Notes: a model not told the origin generated them from the sequence alone. A DNA stretch of 64,000 bases from an uncultured Oleiphilus sp. (GCA_964342385.1 CAYFGP010000003.1:69244-133243); one strand, 5' to 3'; shown: positions 28,605 to 38,832, numbered from the stretch's first letter. A program made the numbers and translations.

Positions 28605-29801
28605 ATGATGAAAGCACCTCTACATGATAGTCATTATGTAATAGAGAAGGTTGAGCAGTATCTTCAAAATAAATTGGATGAAAACAGAGGCTTTAATGAC
28701 GAAGTAAATAGTAGTGCTCTGGTTGAAATTGCTAAGGAAGGGCCAAAAGTTAAAGTTACTAGCTTAACTGATCCCGAGACGCATTTTAGCTATGATGTTA
28801 GTGATATTCTATTTTGGATAGAAAGAGAAACATATTTCGATGAATTTTCAAAATGGAATGGTGCTAAGCTGACCGATAAGCATGAATCTACAATTGATTA
28901 TCTGAGAAAGACGAATCAGCTTCCGTTATTCCAGGATCTAATTGCGGCAATACAGCGACAACGTATCGCCCCTTTTATTGGTGCTGGAGCATCTTATCCT
29001 GCTGGATATCCAATCTGGAGGGATGCTCTAGAGTCTTTAGCTAAACAGCTTGGAGATAATGTTTTTGCAGAGATTAAAGATGCTTTAGATGAGTATCGTT
29101 ATCTCTATGTTGCCGAACACTTATACAAGAAAAATGAACCTTTTTTTAATAATTACATACAAACTGATTTTCGCTTAAAGCCTAGGTATGAAGAAGATGA
29201 TCCTATTTTTCCTCCTGTTATAGAAGTATTACCTATGCTGGCCAAAGGATGTATAGTAACAACTAACTTTGATAGGCTAATTGAGAAAAAATTTGAACAA
29301 GTGAATAGTAGACCTTTGGCTGGTTATATGTATGGTAAACAAGCTGAGAATGGTTTTGTCAGTCAGCTCTTAAAGGGTGAAAACTGTTTGATGAAGTTGC
29401 ATGGTGACTTAGAACAGAGTCAATCTTATGTATTTACCGAATCTCAGTACAATGAAGCGTATGGGACTGAGGAAATTGATTTTTCTAAACAGCTACCTCG
29501 ATCATTACGCCAGATTTATATCAGTTATTCCCTATTATTTATTGGTTGTTCGTTAGAACAGGATCGTACACTGGATCTGTTTCAATCAGTTAAGGCTCAA
29601 GGTCATTTCGAAATCCCAAGTCATTTTGCATTATTACCTGAGTCTGAAGGAGAAGATAAAGCTACAAAGATGGGGCGCCTTCTGGATATGAATATCAGGC
29701 CTATCTGGTATGAGTCGAAAGATAAAGATCACTCTATGCTAGAAAAGTTGCTGCTACTCGCCATTGATGTAGCTGAGAAGAAGTTTAGTCTGGGAGGTTA
29801 A
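28605..29801 (+). CDS. SIR2-like (SIR2_2) domain protein, predicted NAD+ hydrolase, with ~105-aa N-terminal domain
   Basis: PFIGAGAS, IVTTNFD, MKLHGD and LLFIGCSL sirtuin motifs; AT-rich; stop is 3 nt before the hsdR ATG. Confidence 0.88.
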   Translation: MMKAPLHDSHYVIEKVEQYLQNKLDENRGFNDEVNSSALVEIAKEGPKVKVTSLTDPETHFSYDVSDILFWIERETYFDEFSKWNGAKLTDKHESTIDYLRKTNQLPLFQDLIAAIQRQRIAPFIGAGASYPAGYPIWRDALESLAKQLGDNVFAEIKDALDEYRYLYVAEHLYKKNEPFFNNYIQTDFRLKPRYEEDDPIFPPVIEVLPMLAKGCIVTTNFDRLIEKKFEQVNSRPLAGYMYGKQAENGFVSQLLKGENCLMKLHGDLEQSQSYVFTESQYNEAYGTEEIDFSKQLPRSLRQIYISYSLLFIGCSLEQDRTLDLFQSVKAQGHFEIPSHFALLPESEGEDKATKMGRLLDMNIRPIWYESKDKDHSMLEKLLLLAIDVAEKKFSLGG

Positions 29802-29804
29802 GGC

Positions 29805-32800
29805 ATGATTACTGAAGATCAATTAGAACAGAATTGCCTCCTATGGTTTCAAGACATTGGCTATGACTATTGTTCAGGTGTCGGTATTGCCCCTGATGGA
29901 GAGAATCCTGAACGGGATGATTATTATCAGGTGGTGTTAAAGCCGCGTTTATCTGAGCGTTTGGCGCTGCTGAATCCTGAGTTAAGTTCGGATGTGCTGG
30001 AGCAGGTTGTTCAGACTGTGTGCACCCCTGAAACACCTGTGTTGATCAAGAATAACCGTAGCTTTCATAAATATCTGATCGAGGGTGTGCCGGTTGAATA
30101 CAGTGTCATTGAGGACGGTCAGTCGGTTAGCAAGCACAGTCATGCTCGGCTAATGGATTTTGATCAGCCAGATAATAATGATTTTCTGGTGGTGAATCAG
30201 TTTACCGTTAAAGGCCGTTCCAGTTCGGGACAAAACAGCACCCGTCGTCCTGATGTGGTGGTGTTTATTAATGGTTTGCCCATTAGTGTGATTGAACTGA
30301 AAAATCCGGCGGATGAACATGCGGATATCTGGAATGCTTTTAATCAGCTGCAAACCTATAAAGACGATATCAGTGATCTGTTTATCTTCAATGAGGCTTT
30401 GGTGATCAGCGATGGTTGGCAAGCGCGGGTAGGGTCGTTAACGGCGAACAGAGAACGCTTTTTACCCTGGAAGACCATTAAGAGTGAAGACGATAAGCCG
30501 CTGTTAGAGTATCAGTTAGAAACGCTGATTCGGGGCTTTTTCCAGCCTGAGCTGCTACTGGACTATATCCGTTATTTTATTCTGTTTGAAAATGCGACAG
30601 AGGCGAGTAGCGATAGTCTGATTAAGAAGATTGCGGCTTACCATCAGTTCCATGCGGTGCGTGCGGCGGTTAAAGCAACGGTGATTGCGGCACAGCCTTC
30701 AGAGAAAGTGGCTGAACCCCGTGCGACTTATGCCGAACGTGTATTACCGGGCAGTAAAAAGGCGGGGGTGGTCTGGCATACTCAGGGCAGTGGTAAAAGC
30801 ATCTCTATGGTGTGTTATGCCAGTAAGTTGTTGCAGCAACCGAGTATGAATAACCCAACACTGGTGGTGGTGACAGATCGTAATGATCTACACGGTCAGC
30901 TGTTTAATACCTTTAGTACGGCTCATGAGACGCTGAAGCAACTTCCGCAAGAAGCAGGTAGCCGTGATGGTCTACGTGAACTGTTATTCAGCCGTCAATC
31001 CGGCGGTATTATTTTTACCACGATTCAAAAGTTTGCTCTGCTGGACGGCGAGCTAAATCATCCGGTGTTATCAAAGCGGGATAATATTGTGGTGGTATCC
31101 GATGAGGCCCACCGTAGTCAATATGGTAATACAGCCAAACTGGTGGATATTAAGGACAAAGACGGTGCCGTCATTGAGCAGCGCTACGTCTACGGTTACT
31201 CCAAATATCTGCGTGATGCCTTGCCTAATGCTTCCTTTATCGGTTTTACCGGCACCCCCATTGCTCTGGATGATAAGGATACACGGGGTGTGTTTGGTGA
31301 CTATGTCTCTATCTATGATATTCAGGATGCGGTAGATGATGGTGCGACGGTGCCTATCTATTATGAATCCCGTTTAGCCAAACTTGATATTCAACAACAG
31401 GATATTGAGGCGTTAAACGATCAGGTGGAAGACGAGATCGCTGAAGAAGATGAGCTAGCGGCCCGAGAGCAGATTAAATCCAAATGGTCGGCGCTGGAAA
31501 AGCTGGTGGGAGCTGAACCTCGGATAGAGGAAGTGGCGAAGGATCTGATTGCCCATTTCACTACCCGTACCAAGACATTCCCTGGCAAGGCGATGATTGT
31601 TGGTATGAGCCGAGAGATCTGTGTGGATCTCTACGACGCCATCACCAAGCTGAGGCCCGACTGGCACAACGATGATCCCAAGCAGGGCGCTATTAAGGTA
31701 GTAATGACAGGGAGCGCCTCAGATAAAGAGAAACTACAGCAGCATATTTATGATTCTAAAACCAAAAAGCATTTTGAGAAGCGCTTTAAAGATACCGCTG
31801 ACCCGCTACAGCTGGTGATTGTACGGGATATGTGGCTGACCGGTTTTGATGCTCCTTGCTGTCACACCATGTACGTGGATAAACCAATGCGTGGCCATAA
31901 CCTGATGCAGGCGATTGCACGGGTAAACCGGGTGTTTAAAGATAAACCCGGTGGTCTGGTGGTGGATTATATCGGTATCGCCAATGAGCTGAAAAATGCG
32001 CTGAAGACCTACACCAACAGCTCCGGTAAAGGTCAACCTACGGTTGATACGGCGGAAGCTTTCTCTCTGCTGCAGGAAAAGATCGATATTATTCGGGGCA
32101 TGTTTGCCACACCGGTTGACGGTCAGGTGTTCCACTATCGGCCAGATTTTGAAACTCAAGCGCTGCGTTTATTACCTGACGCCGCCAATCATATTGTCAG
32201 TTTAGTTATCCCTAGCGCCAATAACCCCGAAGGTGAAAGAAGTGGCAAACGTCGCTTTCTGGATGTGATGGCTGCCCTCAGTAAGACCTATTCTCTGTGT
32301 AACACTCTGGATGAGGTACAGGAATACAAAACTGAAATCGCGTTTTATTCGGCCATTAAAGCGGCATTTCTTAAACACTCCAATGTGGATAAAAAACGCA
32401 GCGATGAGGCTCGTAACTCAGCCCTGAAACAGATCCTGGATAACGCCATTACCGCTGATGGAGTAGATGATATCTTTGCGATGGTCGGTCTCGATAAGCC
32501 AGATATCAGTCTGTTGTCGGAAGAGTTTCTGGAAGACGTGCAAAATATGCCGCAGCAAAATCTTGCGGTTGAGCTATTGGAAAAACTACTGCGGGATGAA
32601 GTCAAAGCCCGCATGAAAACTGATGTGGTACAGGAGCGTAAATACTCTGACCTCATTACAGAAACTCTGAAAAAGTATCACAATCGTAGCATTGAAACCG
32701 CCCAGGTGATTGAGGAACTGATCCAGTGGGCAAAAGAGATGGCTGCTGATGCTGAAATGGCCAGCCGACTGAAACTGTCCCCTGATGAGATCGCGTTTTA

Positions 32801-33059
32801 CCGTGCTTTGATTGTTAATGAAGCCTCTGTGCGTGAACTGGGTGATAACAATCTGCGTCAATTGGCGATTGAACTGACCCAGAAACTACGGAAGTCCACT
32901 ACGGTGGATTGGAATAAACGGGAGAGTGTCCGGGCGAGAATGCGTAATCTGGTGCGCCGTTTATTAAGACGCTGGAAGTACCCACCAGATGCTGCTGAAG
33001 ATGCCGTTAGGCTGGTGCTTGAACAGGCTGAAGCACTGGCAGACGAGTGGAGTGACTAG
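29805..33059 (+). CDS. hsdR: Type I restriction endonuclease subunit R
   Basis: Nuclease RPDVVVFING...IELKN; Walker A HTQGSGKS; DEAHRSQYG; GFTGTP; MWLTGFD; QAIARVNR. Confidence 0.96.
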   Translation: MITEDQLEQNCLLWFQDIGYDYCSGVGIAPDGENPERDDYYQVVLKPRLSERLALLNPELSSDVLEQVVQTVCTPETPVLIKNNRSFHKYLIEGVPVEYSVIEDGQSVSKHSHARLMDFDQPDNNDFLVVNQFTVKGRSSSGQNSTRRPDVVVFINGLPISVIELKNPADEHADIWNAFNQLQTYKDDISDLFIFNEALVISDGWQARVGSLTANRERFLPWKTIKSEDDKPLLEYQLETLIRGFFQPELLLDYIRYFILFENATEASSDSLIKKIAAYHQFHAVRAAVKATVIAAQPSEKVAEPRATYAERVLPGSKKAGVVWHTQGSGKSISMVCYASKLLQQPSMNNPTLVVVTDRNDLHGQLFNTFSTAHETLKQLPQEAGSRDGLRELLFSRQSGGIIFTTIQKFALLDGELNHPVLSKRDNIVVVSDEAHRSQYGNTAKLVDIKDKDGAVIEQRYVYGYSKYLRDALPNASFIGFTGTPIALDDKDTRGVFGDYVSIYDIQDAVDDGATVPIYYESRLAKLDIQQQDIEALNDQVEDEIAEEDELAAREQIKSKWSALEKLVGAEPRIEEVAKDLIAHFTTRTKTFPGKAMIVGMSREICVDLYDAITKLRPDWHNDDPKQGAIKVVMTGSASDKEKLQQHIYDSKTKKHFEKRFKDTADPLQLVIVRDMWLTGFDAPCCHTMYVDKPMRGHNLMQAIARVNRVFKDKPGGLVVDYIGIANELKNALKTYTNSSGKGQPTVDTAEAFSLLQEKIDIIRGMFATPVDGQVFHYRPDFETQALRLLPDAANHIVSLVIPSANNPEGERSGKRRFLDVMAALSKTYSLCNTLDEVQEYKTEIAFYSAIKAAFLKHSNVDKKRSDEARNSALKQILDNAITADGVDDIFAMVGLDKPDISLLSEEFLEDVQNMPQQNLAVELLEKLLRDEVKARMKTDVVQERKYSDLITETLKKYHNRSIETAQVIEELIQWAKEMAADAEMASRLKLSPDEIAFYRALIVNEASVRELGDNNLRQLAIELTQKLRKSTTVDWNKRESVRARMRNLVRRLLRRWKYPPDAAEDAVRLVLEQAEALADEWSD

Positions 33060-33147
33060 TCCTTTAAGCCGTTGGAAGTGAGACAAAGAGCTTGCCCTGA
33101 GAAGTTGGGGGCAGGCTCAAGGAATCATAAGGAAGTAGAGGATAAAA

Positions 33148-34332
33148 ATGCTAATGATTGGTCAGTCTGAAAATTCGTCTTACGTATTAAATTGTCCGGA
33201 AGAGTTTGATCTTAATAAAGAAATCCTAGCTGCTGAAGCGGTGTATATTGCTACTGCATTTGCCCATGAAAGTGGTTGGCGTTTAATAAAAAAAGGACTG
33301 AAAAATACCCAGGCTAAAGTTAAGTTGATTGCGGGGTTAAACTTTTGTCAATCTGAGCCTAGGGTGCTAGAGCAGTGGATCAGCCCTGACTTTGATCACG
33401 CCGAAGCTTATTGTTATATCGGAGAAGAAACATTCCATCCGAAGGTAATGATTGTAAAGGGACAAGAGCACAGTTTTGCCATTGTCGGTTCAGGCAATAT
33501 GTCCCGAGGCGGCTATATCGATAATGTTGAGTGCAATGTTTATCTCTCATCTGACCAGGATGTTGAACGTTTGATCGAGTGGTATCAGGGCATTATTTCA
33601 GGCGGCAGTAGCGCTCTGTTAAATGCTAATCTGCTGGCTGACTATAAGATCAAACATGCCGCAGCTCAGAGCAGTATCGCCAAGGCCAAAAAGAAAAACC
33701 GTCAAGCTCAGAATGAACTGGCGCAGTTGGTGCAGAATAGAGCCAAAAAAGAAGCAGGTTTTGAAAATTGGGATCAAGCGATTAAAGATGCCAAAGCATT
33801 CTATGCTTCCGATGAGTTTGCCAATGGTTGGTATAGGAACCACAAAAAAGCGGCGAAAGAGATTAAAGAGCAGTTGGGCTATCCCAATTTTAATTTTGGC
33901 TATGAGCAGTGGGATGAATTCTACCGAATTGAGAGCTTTGGCAATCTGAATGATATACCTAAGAAGCGAATTTTTGGTGAAGACAAGAAACTTAAAGACG
34001 GACTCAAGCAGCTCTTGGATGAAAGCATCCCTGTTGCAGAGAGGGTCAATTACTTGGTGGATAATAATCGATCTACCGGCATTTCTGGTATGGGGATAAA
34101 TACCGTTTCAAAGGTATTGTTGGCATCGGCACCGAAACGTTGGCCTGTTATGAATGGTCCTGTTGAGAATGTATTGGATTATTATGGCTATGCGGAACCC
34201 TTTCGAGTGAGTAAAGGTGATAAGTATGCTGCTTATGCCGAATTGATGCAGCGATTTATCAAAGAGGCAGGGATCAAAAATATGATGGCCCTCGATTGTT
34301 TCTTCTACTGGAAGAATGAGCAGATCAGCTAA
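33148..34332 (+). CDS. Phospholipase D-family (single HKD) nuclease with C-terminal domain; putative restriction endonuclease
   Basis: FHPKVMIV...IVGSGNMSRGG..DNVE motif of Nuc/BfiI/NgoFVII-type PLD nucleases; directly downstream of hsdR. Confidence 0.78.
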   Translation: MLMIGQSENSSYVLNCPEEFDLNKEILAAEAVYIATAFAHESGWRLIKKGLKNTQAKVKLIAGLNFCQSEPRVLEQWISPDFDHAEAYCYIGEETFHPKVMIVKGQEHSFAIVGSGNMSRGGYIDNVECNVYLSSDQDVERLIEWYQGIISGGSSALLNANLLADYKIKHAAAQSSIAKAKKKNRQAQNELAQLVQNRAKKEAGFENWDQAIKDAKAFYASDEFANGWYRNHKKAAKEIKEQLGYPNFNFGYEQWDEFYRIESFGNLNDIPKKRIFGEDKKLKDGLKQLLDESIPVAERVNYLVDNNRSTGISGMGINTVSKVLLASAPKRWPVMNGPVENVLDYYGYAEPFRVSKGDKYAAYAELMQRFIKEAGIKNMMALDCFFYWKNEQIS

Positions 34333-34361
34333 ATAAAGCTAGATCCCTGACTTAACAGTCT

Positions 34362-34398
34362 GATCTCACTCCTATCTATGATGGATAAGAGTGAGATC
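34362..34398. terminator. Stem-loop closing the defence cluster
   Basis: GATCTCACTCCTATC-N7-GATAAGAGTGAGATC (14/15 paired). Confidence 0.55.
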
Positions 34399-34646
34399 GG
34401 CTTGGTCAATTACAGTGCTAGTTCCAGTCTGAGCTAATTACAACGAGTCCCAAGCAAAAATCTCCGCTGGTAAACCAATAATCGGAGCTTGTTACAGTTA
34501 GTCTTTCCCCTTACCCATCTTGTTTTCCTAATGATTATTAAGCGTCTTGTGTTGTCACTGGTGTAATGACTAGGATCGCGTCGCAAATCAATTGCAGCTG
34601 TTAATAAAAACAATTAGCATTACGAGCTTGAAATAAGGAGCTCGTT

Positions 34647-35840
34647 ATGGGGATTTATCAGGGCCTGAATAGATGTGATCTGTTTAGTCGGACCCGCCCA
34701 CAGGTTCAAGGCATATCTGCCTTATCTTTTTTGACCACGGTTTTATCTGTCGCAAGGACTTCTATCGTCTCTCTTCTACTCGCTATTGTGTCAGTTCTGA
34801 TCGTATTTGTTATTAGCTCACCGGCATTGGCTCAGCAGGCAACGGTATCTGCTTTAGATCAGCCCCAATCAGCGGTACAAAGCTTACAACAGGAACGAAG
34901 AGTGGCTGATAAAGGTGATGGCCTGGTGATTCAGGGCATGCCCAAACGAGTTGTGGTGCTGGAATACTCTTTTCTTGATGCGGTGGTACTGGCGGGCATT
35001 ACTCCAGTGGGGATTGCTGATGACCAAAAGCCTCAGCGAATTCTGCCGCAACTGAAACAGCGGATGGGTGATTATCAATCTGTTGGTTTGCGTGGTCAGC
35101 CTAATCTTGAAACCATTGCCAGCCTGAAACCGGATCTGATTATTGCTGATCAGCAGCGTCATAGCGGTATCTACCGGGAGCTACAGGAGATTGCTCCAAC
35201 GCTGTTATTGCTAAGTTATGGTGCGGAATATAACGATCTGTTAGATGATGCTGTGTTGATTGGTCTGGCGCTGGGCAAACAAACCTACGTTGAGCAGCGT
35301 TTACAGCAGCATGAAACAGCGATGGATCGTTTTCGTGTCCAATTAAGGAGTGCTCAGTTAACAAACTTCCAGTTGAAAAGCACCCAATCAAAAAGTACGC
35401 AGGGGCAACAAGCTCAAGCCGAACGTTTCCTATTTGCTACGGCCAGTGCACGGGGTGTCGCGGTGCATGCCAGTAAAGCCTTTGCCACAGGCGTTATACG
35501 TCGCTTAGGGCTGCAGACGGCGATTCCTCAAGGGGATAACAGTGCCTATATGCGTGTCAGCTTTGAGCAGATGGCAGGTATGAACCCTGATTGGTTGTTG
35601 GTGGGTGATTATAACCGTGCGCAAGGTGGGGCTGAGGCACTAAAACGTTGGCAGGCTCATCCATTGTGGCCGATGTTAAATATGGCCAAAAAACAGCAGC
35701 TGAAGCTGGTGGATCCTAAGGTTTGGTCGCTCAGTCGCGGTATTTTTGCTGCCGAGCAGATTGCTGAGGACCTGATTAAACTGGTTTCTGCTTCTCAACT
35801 GGTTTCACTTACACCTGTAGAGGGTGTGCAACAACCATGA
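34647..35840 (+). CDS. fecB: Fe(3+)-dicitrate/siderophore ABC substrate-binding protein
   Basis: PKRVVVLEYSFLDA, PVGIADD, SVGLRGQPNLETIASLKPDLIIAD, WSLSRGI. Confidence 0.85.
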   Translation: MGIYQGLNRCDLFSRTRPQVQGISALSFLTTVLSVARTSIVSLLLAIVSVLIVFVISSPALAQQATVSALDQPQSAVQSLQQERRVADKGDGLVIQGMPKRVVVLEYSFLDAVVLAGITPVGIADDQKPQRILPQLKQRMGDYQSVGLRGQPNLETIASLKPDLIIADQQRHSGIYRELQEIAPTLLLLSYGAEYNDLLDDAVLIGLALGKQTYVEQRLQQHETAMDRFRVQLRSAQLTNFQLKSTQSKSTQGQQAQAERFLFATASARGVAVHASKAFATGVIRRLGLQTAIPQGDNSAYMRVSFEQMAGMNPDWLLVGDYNRAQGGAEALKRWQAHPLWPMLNMAKKQQLKLVDPKVWSLSRGIFAAEQIAEDLIKLVSASQLVSLTPVEGVQQP

Positions 35841-36940
35841 GTGCTTCTGAAGCTACAGCCAGTAGATTAGCGGCTGGTCCTAAATGGTTTTTGCCTTTTT
35901 CCCAACTCATCCTATTACTGAGTCTTTTGATGCTCGGGGGCGTGTTAGCTTCTATCGGTGCATCAACATTTACCCTGACTTTAGCGGATCTCTGGCAAGC
36001 GGTACTTAATAAGATTATTGATGCGGGAATGATTGGTGCCGTAGTAGTTGAAGCTCTGTCTCTTGATGATCAAGTGGACGCTAAGACTCTGGCTTCTCAA
36101 TTGATCAGTACCATACGCCTGCCTCGTGTGATGGTTGCGGCTGTAGCCGGTGCCGCTCTGGCTATGGCGGGGGCGTTGATGCAGGGCATTACCCGTAATC
36201 CTCTGGCGTCACCGGCTTTATTTGGTATTAATGCCGGTGCGGCTTGTTTATTGGTGATGGCTCAATCCGGTTTAATTCCCCTATTAGCAGAGCTACCCTT
36301 GATTGTCGTAACAGCCATTGGCGCTGGTGCTGCCGGTGCCTTGGTATTGATGCTAGGTGGTGGATTAGCCGGGCGTATTCATCCCGTGCGAGTGGTGCTG
36401 GCCGGTGTGGCGGTAACCGCATTGCTGATCGCATTAACACGCACCTTATTGATTCTGGATGAGCAATCTCAGTCTGTTTTGGATTGGCTATCTGGCTCTT
36501 TGACAGATATCGGTTGGGCAGAGTGGCATCAGTTATGGCCCTGGGTATTAGTAGCAGGATTGTTGTCCTTGTTATTGGCTCAGCGTATTAACTTATTGGC
36601 TCTGGGTGAGGAAATGGCCTCAGGTCTAGGCATTTCACCGGTCAAACTACGTTTGCAGGTCTCCTGTCTGGTAATCATTCTGTCGGCTGCAACAGTGGCG
36701 ATTACTGGTCCTGTGGCGTTTGTTGGTTTGTTAGTACCTCATCTGGCACGCAAATTTACCGGTGCGGACCATAGAGTTTTATTGCCTGTGTGTGCGCTGA
36801 TGGGAGCGACCTTGATGGTTTGGGCGGATTATCTGTCCCGTTTGCTGGTTTTTCCTTCTGAAACCCCTGTTGGCTTGGTGACTGCTTTAGTGGGTGCGCC
36901 TTGTTTTCTTTGGTTGGCCAGTCGGGAGGGTAAGCGCTGA
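35837..36940 (+). CDS. fecC: Iron ABC permease (FecCD family)
   Basis: IRLPR, GALMQGITRNPLASP, GPVAFVGLLVPHLAR, ETPVG; overlaps fecB by 4 nt. Confidence 0.88.
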   Translation: MSASEATASRLAAGPKWFLPFSQLILLLSLLMLGGVLASIGASTFTLTLADLWQAVLNKIIDAGMIGAVVVEALSLDDQVDAKTLASQLISTIRLPRVMVAAVAGAALAMAGALMQGITRNPLASPALFGINAGAACLLVMAQSGLIPLLAELPLIVVTAIGAGAAGALVLMLGGGLAGRIHPVRVVLAGVAVTALLIALTRTLLILDEQSQSVLDWLSGSLTDIGWAEWHQLWPWVLVAGLLSLLLAQRINLLALGEEMASGLGISPVKLRLQVSCLVIILSAATVAITGPVAFVGLLVPHLARKFTGADHRVLLPVCALMGATLMVWADYLSRLLVFPSETPVGLVTALVGAPCFLWLASREGKR

Positions 36941-37887
36941 TGTATCCTCGTTTAACGTTAACGCTGCTGCCTGTTTTTTTATTGGTGCTGGCGATCAGTG
37001 GTGTCTTGCTGGGCTCTTTGGATCTACAAACGGCACTGAGCACAGGCCCAGATATTTTGACCGATCTAAGACTATCTCGTGTTTTGGTCGCGATATTGGC
37101 CGGAGCGGGCCTAGGTCTGGCTGGAGCCATGATTCAAGGTGTGGTGAGAAACCCGCTGGCATCGCCGGATATTATCGGTGTGACCGGCGGATCTGGTCTT
37201 GCTGCAACGGCATTATTGCTGCTGTTTCCTGGGGTAGCCTTCGGCTGGATGATTCCAGCAGCCATTGTGGGTGCCTTGCTGACGATGGCTTTGATGCTAT
37301 GGCTGGTCCGTAATCAGGATTTGAATCCGGCTCGTTTAGTGCTGGTAGGGGTCGCCCTAAGCGCCTGGTTGGGTGCCTTGATCGATTGGCTATTAGTAAG
37401 CCATCCCTATCAGGTTAATGCCGCTCTGGTATGGCTAACCGGTAGTTTATGGGGCCGGGGCTGGGATCATGTCGCAGTACTCTTACCTTGGTTGCTGGTG
37501 CTATTCCCATTGGCGCTGATGATGGCATTACGCCTGGATCTGCTGGCGCTGGGTGATGAAGCCGCAGAAGGCCTTGGCGCAAATGTGCTGCAAACCCGTA
37601 AGCTAGCCCTGTTGTTGTCCGTTGCTTTGGCTGCAGTCAGTGTGGCCGTGTGCGGTGCTATTAGTTTTGTCGGGTTGATCTCGCCCCATCTGGCGCGTTT
37701 GCTGGTAGGTGGGAGTCACCATCGGTTAATACCGGCGACTGCTATGATCGGAGCTGTGTTGGTTCTATTGGCAGATATTCTGGCCCGTACTTTGGCTCCG
37801 CCTATTGAGTTACCGGCTGGTGTGCTGACATCCCTGATCGGTGCGCCCTATTTTCTCTTCCTGTTAACCCGTTATCGAGGCTGGTAA
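36940..37887 (+). CDS. fecD: Iron ABC permease (FecCD family)
   Basis: LRLSRV, QGVVRNPLASPDIIG, GAISFVGLISPHLAR, IELPAG, GAPYFLFLL..YRGW. Confidence 0.88.
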   Translation: MYPRLTLTLLPVFLLVLAISGVLLGSLDLQTALSTGPDILTDLRLSRVLVAILAGAGLGLAGAMIQGVVRNPLASPDIIGVTGGSGLAATALLLLFPGVAFGWMIPAAIVGALLTMALMLWLVRNQDLNPARLVLVGVALSAWLGALIDWLLVSHPYQVNAALVWLTGSLWGRGWDHVAVLLPWLLVLFPLALMMALRLDLLALGDEAAEGLGANVLQTRKLALLLSVALAAVSVAVCGAISFVGLISPHLARLLVGGSHHRLIPATAMIGAVLVLLADILARTLAPPIELPAGVLTSLIGAPYFLFLLTRYRGW

Positions 37888-38657
37888 TGAACTATCTGTC
37901 TATTGAAAATCTGACGGTCAGTTACGGCGATAAAGTGATTCTGAACGAGCTGAATCTGCAGATTCCGAAAGGAAAAATTACCGCTCTGATTGGCCCTAAT
38001 GGTTGCGGTAAATCTACGTTACTAAAAACCGTGGCTCGTATTCTGTCGCCTAAACAGGGGCAGATTCTGCTACAGGGTGAGAGTCTGCATAAACAGGATA
38101 CCCGTCAGGTAGCAAGAAAGCTGGCGTTATTGCCTCAGGCCCCCATTACCCCAGAGGGTGTGACGATTCGTGAGTTGGTGGGTTATGGTCGCGCACCCTG
38201 GGGTTCCCGTTGGGGGCGCTTGAGTGATGAAGATCGAGCCATTGTACAACACGCTTTGGAGCAAGTCGGTCTGTTAGAACTAGCGGACCGGCCCGCTACA
38301 GATCTATCTGGCGGACAGAGGCAAAGAGCCTGGATTGCGATGATCTTGGCGCAAAAGACCGATCTGGTATTACTGGATGAACCGACAACCTGGTTGGATA
38401 TTGCCCATCAGATTGAGCTGTTAAAGCTGATGCGAGAGCTGAACCTGCAAGGGAAAACCATTGTTGTAGTGCTGCATGATCTTAATCAGGCTTGTCGCTA
38501 TTGTGATGAGTTGGTGGTGCTTAAACAGGGGGCTGTACAGCAGCAGGGCACGCCGGAGCAGGTATTAACTCAAAAACTGGTGGAAGAGGTGTTTGATCTG
38601 TGTGCAGAGATCCACCCTGATCCTGTCGCGGGTAGTCCTACCTTGGTTCCTGTATAG
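37887..38657 (+). CDS. fecE: Iron ABC ATPase
   Basis: GPNGCGKSTLL, LSGGQRQRAWIAM, LLDEPTTWLDI, VLHDLNQACRY. Confidence 0.92.
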   Translation: MNYLSIENLTVSYGDKVILNELNLQIPKGKITALIGPNGCGKSTLLKTVARILSPKQGQILLQGESLHKQDTRQVARKLALLPQAPITPEGVTIRELVGYGRAPWGSRWGRLSDEDRAIVQHALEQVGLLELADRPATDLSGGQRQRAWIAMILAQKTDLVLLDEPTTWLDIAHQIELLKLMRELNLQGKTIVVVLHDLNQACRYCDELVVLKQGAVQQQGTPEQVLTQKLVEEVFDLCAEIHPDPVAGSPTLVPV

Positions 38658-38832
38658 ATTTCCTTCTTATAACCGTCAATCAAAATAGCCCATTAAAACT
38701 GTCCATCAACGTTCTATCAAGACAGCCCATAAAAAGCCCCGATGCTTTCGTTCTGGTTGAACTAAGACTCGGGGCAAAATGAGAAAGGACCGAACAGCCT
38801 CTCAGCAGAGAGACTGAGTTGTTTTTGTGCGA

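Noticed and set aside
23225-34336. 10-bp direct repeat AGCTAAATAA at 23225 and 34327 flanking the defence cluster, as a possible att/target duplication
   Set aside because: Too short and AT-rich to exceed chance, and there is no integrase or transposase at either end.
34526-34544. Fur box upstream of fecB (TAATGATTATTA core)
   Set aside because: Only about 11/19 match to consensus; plausible but unsupported without data.
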